Origin: an uncultured virus (IMG/VR IMGVR_UViG_3300031840_000567)
Lineage: Duplodnaviria > Heunggongvirae > Uroviricota > Caudoviricetes
Strand: one strand, 5' to 3'
Virus record (IMG/VR): IMGVR_UViG_3300031840_000567
DNA length: 20,000 nucleotides
Made by a program: the position numbers and the translations under genes. The notes beneath the pieces are model-generated. The model saw only the letters and a list, made by a program, of their open reading frames with translations, was not told the origin of the DNA and did not search any database. This document shows, piece after piece, positions 16,969 through 20,000 of the stretch. The number at the start of each line of letters is the position of its first letter. The stretch's first letter is position 1.

Positions 16969-17748
16969 GTGGATATACATCCAATACGAATACAAGAGAT
17001 TAATATTCCCGAAGCACCAGCCTGGTTAACATCAGATCCACCGGTAGCATTGCCTATCTATCCTCCTGTAACCACACAGATAGGAATACCAATTGTCAAT
17101 ATGCCAGGATGTGTTGAGTCTCACAGAGATAGTAGTGAGAATCAAACTCTGAAGGATGAGGATAAGGATGGTGTTCAAGTATTCTGTGATGCAGGAACTC
17201 CTAGCTTTAATCCTATTGATTATGATCCAAACAAACTAGAAATAACAACAGAGTCTCCACCACCCCCACCTATCAAATCTCCAGAAACTAAAAAACCAGA
17301 GACACCAAAGGCAGAGACAAATACCCCACCACCGCCTGCAAAGGTAGAGTGTCCTAGTAGAGCACAAGAATTAAAAAACCCTGTAGGAAAAATCCTAGAG
17401 GGTAATAAAAAGATTACTAAGTATGAGACAGTGGGAAAAGAATGTCTCCCTGTATTTGAAAATTTAAATATACCTGATCAGATCGTCCAGAACATACCAT
17501 CACCAGGCTCTATAACTATTACCGCCTCAATTGCTGTAGTTGCGACGACCTCTGCGTTGCTCGCAAAACCTCTTGCTGATCTTTTGTTAAAAGTGGTGAA
17601 ACCTGTAACGAAGAAGGTTGTGAAGAAGATTGCTGCCTTACGGGGTAAGAAGTCCCCGGTATTGTCTGTGTCTGAGAGGAAGGCGGAGCAACGGGATCGG
17701 AACCGGGCGATAAAGATTTTACGGTCGGCACTGAAACCGAAGGGATAG
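16969..17748 (+). CDS. Pro-rich protein with a C-terminal membrane anchor and basic tail
   Basis: ORF track 16948..17748, with GTG 16969 as the likelier start. Two Cys pairs, a PPPPPIKSPETKKPETP linker, hydrophobic ITITASIAVVATTSALLA, then a Lys/Arg-rich tail. Confidence 0.8.
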   Translation: MDIHPIRIQEINIPEAPAWLTSDPPVALPIYPPVTTQIGIPIVNMPGCVESHRDSSENQTLKDEDKDGVQVFCDAGTPSFNPIDYDPNKLEITTESPPPPPIKSPETKKPETPKAETNTPPPPAKVECPSRAQELKNPVGKILEGNKKITKYETVGKECLPVFENLNIPDQIVQNIPSPGSITITASIAVVATTSALLAKPLADLLLKVVKPVTKKVVKKIAALRGKKSPVLSVSERKAEQRDRNRAIKILRSALKPKG

Positions 17749-18793
17749 AGTGGCGATGTTGTGGAACTGCATTGACATTCATCACTACAACATCAGCACA
17801 TATTTTTCTATAAGGGCTGCGTGGGTGAAAAGAAATTCCTGCCTTCATTAATTCTCCACAATTCTTCAAACGAGCAAGCTCAAAGTCCAATCTTTTATTG
17901 GCAAGTTGTTGTTTCATTAATGCAGTATTGGTATCTGCAGCTGCTTTACAACGCTCTTGTAATCCACCATCAAGTGGGAAAGAGAGTGTTGCAGATAAAC
18001 CAATACTGGTACTATAATTTCTAGTGTCACCAGTTCTTACTGGTTTATCCCACAACTTAGAACCGGGATTATCTGGAATACCATCACCTTGCATTTCCAT
18101 AACTGTGATAGTCATATCTTGACCATCTTCATATGCTCTTACTGTCTCACCATCTGAGTTTGTATATGTTTTATCATTGTAATGCGATTCCCAAGGCCAA
18201 TTCTTTACATTCTTTTGAACTTCTACTAGTCTTCCATCAAAATCTCTATTGTCATACTGAGGTTCATAGTAATGTGTCTCAAATGGATCCTTCTCATTAC
18301 GAGCATGAGTAATGAATGGTGTGATATTAGCAGTCGGTCCTTGACATGCGATACCACCACCATATTGGTTGGTTATATATGGTCCTTGTAAGACCTGAAT
18401 AGCTTGGTTGGTCACTGAGCCTGAGCTATTCGCGATTGGGTTTGCAGTTGCACTTACACCCCCTACATTGGCATGTGCAGGTGTTGTTAAGAATATTGCT
18501 GCTACTGCGTAAAGATACTTGTGGTGTCGGTGACGCTGGTAACCTCTGTGACTCTTTGAATTACTGTTTGATTTGACACTCCTGGTCCGCTGTAAGTTTG
18601 GGTGAACTGAAAAGCCTCTCCAGGAGTTGTTATCTGAAAATTCTGATTGGATAGATTTAGAGCCGAGTTGGTGCTCGTTATCTGCCCTTCCGTACCCCCT
18701 AAAGGATTGACGATTACAGAATTTGTTGTTGGTGTTGGACTTAATGATTGACCACCACTGTCCACATTCGTTCCACTTACTGAATACTGCCAT
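17519..18793 (-). CDS. Predicted exported/outer-membrane protein; true start uncertain (signal-like region 18520-18470, mature protein from ~18469)
   Basis: KYLYAVAAIFLTTPAHA|NVGG signal-like segment; amphipathic strand SIGLSATLSFPLDGG followed by a helical segment; Cys residues in the mature part. Confidence 0.7.
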   Translation of the reverse strand: MAVFSKWNECGQWWSIIKSNTNNKFCNRQSFRGYGRADNEHQLGSKSIQSEFSDNNSWRGFSVHPNLQRTRSVKSNSNSKSHRGYQRHRHHKYLYAVAAIFLTTPAHANVGGVSATANPIANSSGSVTNQAIQVLQGPYITNQYGGGIACQGPTANITPFITHARNEKDPFETHYYEPQYDNRDFDGRLVEVQKNVKNWPWESHYNDKTYTNSDGETVRAYEDGQDMTITVMEMQGDGIPDNPGSKLWDKPVRTGDTRNYSTSIGLSATLSFPLDGGLQERCKAAADTNTALMKQQLANKRLDFELARLKNCGELMKAGISFHPRSPYRKICADVVVMNVNAVPQHRHSIPSVSVPTVKSLSPGSDPVAPPSSQTQTIPGTSYPVRQQSSSQPSSLQVSPLLTKDQQEVLRATQRSSQLQQLRR

Positions 18794-18996
18794 CCTGTTG
18801 CATAATCTATAGAGTTAATAGTTTCAGTCACCTTCGATGTTGTCTCAGTGTGACTGGTCATTGAGCCCTGGGTGAAGTTTGGGACTACTGGAACTGCTTT
18901 TGCTTGCCCAGAAGACATCGCAATGAGAACAACAACGGCAAAAAGAGGTGCCTTTACAATTTGAGCAAAGACATCCCTTTTGATTAGGAAATCCAT
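18502..18996 (-). CDS. Secreted Ser/Thr-rich beta protein (164 aa)
   Basis: Hydrophobic N-terminus ending AKA|VPVVPNF; long alternating Thr/Ser/Val strands. Confidence 0.85.
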   Translation of the reverse strand: MDFLIKRDVFAQIVKAPLFAVVVLIAMSSGQAKAVPVVPNFTQGSMTSHTETTSKVTETINSIDYATGWQYSVSGTNVDSGGQSLSPTPTTNSVIVNPLGGTEGQITSTNSALNLSNQNFQITTPGEAFQFTQTYSGPGVSNQTVIQRVTEVTSVTDTTSIFTQ

Positions 18997-19008
18997 AACT
19001 AAGTTCCA

Positions 19009-19512
19009 TTAATCAATTACCGTAATTTCACTTACAAATTGACCAATTGCCGTACTGCCAGCTCCACCAGCCGTCACGGTTAGAGCACCCGAAGTACCTA
19101 CAGTACCTGCTAGAGTTCCAGCAACACCCGCAGTGTAAGAAGTTACACTAGAGAAATTAGGAACATCACCTACAGTAGGAGCAGCAGTTGGGATTGCATC
19201 GCCTTGAAGGTAAGAGGTACTAAAGGAGAATGCTTCTCCGTTTGTTGCCGAAAGTTGATTTGCTGAAATAGTGCCAGGAGAATATACCCCACTGGTGATT
19301 GTGCCACTTGAAAGCATACCAGCAGTTGTTCCATCTGAGGTGCCAACATTTGAACCAGAGACACTATACTGAGACCCTAATCTTGTTGCTGAACTTCTAG
19401 CAGCATCAACAGTTAGTTGGACACTAGAAGACATTTTATGAACTAATCCGCCAGCGTTTGCTACACTAGCGGTCATCAATAACATTCCAAAAGCTAGTAA
19501 AGCTTTCTTCAT
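19009..19512 (-). CDS. Secreted Ser/Thr/Gly-rich beta protein (167 aa)
   Basis: Classic signal peptide MKKALLAFGMLLMTASVANA| from ATG 19512; the longer start in the ORF track lies inside the tRNA. Confidence 0.85.
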   Translation of the reverse strand: MKKALLAFGMLLMTASVANAGGLVHKMSSSVQLTVDAARSSATRLGSQYSVSGSNVGTSDGTTAGMLSSGTITSGVYSPGTISANQLSATNGEAFSFSTSYLQGDAIPTAAPTVGDVPNFSSVTSYTAGVAGTLAGTVGTSGALTVTAGGAGSTAIGQFVSEITVID

Positions 19513-19521
19513 TTTTTTGAA

Positions 19522-19537
19522 TGTAGGTGAACCTACA
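19522..19537 (-). other. Short hairpin between the tRNA 3' end and the next ATG
   Basis: TGTAGG-TTCA-CCTACA, a perfect 6-bp stem. Confidence 0.5.
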
Positions 19538-19538
19538 A

Positions 19539-19545
19539 TATATAG
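19539..19545 (-). promoter_or_regulatory. Possible late promoter variant CTATATA
   Basis: One mismatch from CTAAATA, 26 nt upstream of ATG 19512; overlaps the tRNA 3' end. Confidence 0.4.
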
Positions 19546-19626
19546 GAGTAGAGAGACTTGAACTCTCACGACCATGAGGTCAACAGATTTTAAGTCTGGT
19601 GCGTCTACCTATTCCGCCACACTCCC
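19543..19626 (-). tRNA. trnL: tRNA-Leu (anticodon UAA), no intron, CCA not encoded
   Basis: GGGAGTG-TGGCGGAATAGGTAGACGC-ACCAGA-CTTAAAA-TCTGT, long variable arm GACC-TCAT-GGTC, GAGAG-TTCAAGT-CTCTC, TACTCCT-A. Confidence 0.95.
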
Positions 19627-19634
19627 AAACCAAT

Positions 19635-20000
19635 TCAAATGTCATAGTAAAAGTATTGCCGACCGTATCTAGGGACATCAGTTAACCAACCATTCTTGGT
19701 AATCAGTCCACTTTGACTAGAAGTTCTAAACTTATTAATCATAGTTTCATCTTCACCATCCCACTCCCATTGTGTGCATGCATCTACAGTTAGAATTGGA
19801 ATTCCACATGAATATGATGTCATATGAAGAAATCCGTTATGCCACATATCGAAGGGAATAAAAGATGGATCATCTTCAGAAACCTTTGCACCATTTGTAG
19901 CATGAAAAATAATTGATACTTCAGGAATATCAGAATATTCTGTGGTCAATGGCTTCCTACCTATTTCATGATATCCCCAAAAATCATTACATATCAAACT
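19635..20000 (-). CDS. Partial carbon-nitrogen hydrolase (nitrilase superfamily), C-terminal part
   Basis: Frame is open to the window edge (SLICNDFWG); LICxD nucleophile-Cys motif, then IIFH.TN and SG.I...G. Confidence 0.65.
   Translation of the reverse strand, partial: SLICNDFWGYHEIGRKPLTTEYSDIPEVSIIFHATNGAKVSEDDPSFIPFDMWHNGFLHMTSYSCGIPILTVDACTQWEWDGEDETMINKFRTSSQSGLITKNGWLTDVPRYGRQYFYYDI

Noticed and set aside
19513..19575. N-terminal extension of the 188-aa ORF in the track
   Set aside because: It starts inside tRNA-Leu; ATG 19512 gives a clean signal peptide.

Overview
This window looks like part of a T4-like cyanophage (cyanomyovirus, Kyanoviridae-type) genome; nearly all genes are on the minus strand. 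Bases ~1-6650 are an accessory/early region: an SF2 (DEAH) helicase, a HinP1I/MspI-like PD-(D/E)XK nuclease, a KxDG ligase-like nucleotidyltransferase, a degenerate tryptophan-halogenase-like flavoprotein, a partial HicA-like gene and many small ORFs. This region carries five copies of a palindrome + TA(T/G)AAT early-promoter element, each overlapping the 3' part of the upstream gene. Bases ~6650-16900 are a late tail-fibre module: a 1744-aa fibre with an S74 chaperone, a 906-aa GIGT-repeat fibre, and a gp38-like Gly/Pro-rich adhesin with an Arg-rich insert, followed directly by a 2OG-Fe(II) oxygenase. Bases ~16930-19540 hold a convergent four-gene module of predicted exported or membrane proteins, the best candidate here for an undescribed envelope system. 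The window ends with tRNA-Leu(UAA) and a partial nitrilase-family gene. All family calls come from reading motifs by eye; no database searches were run.
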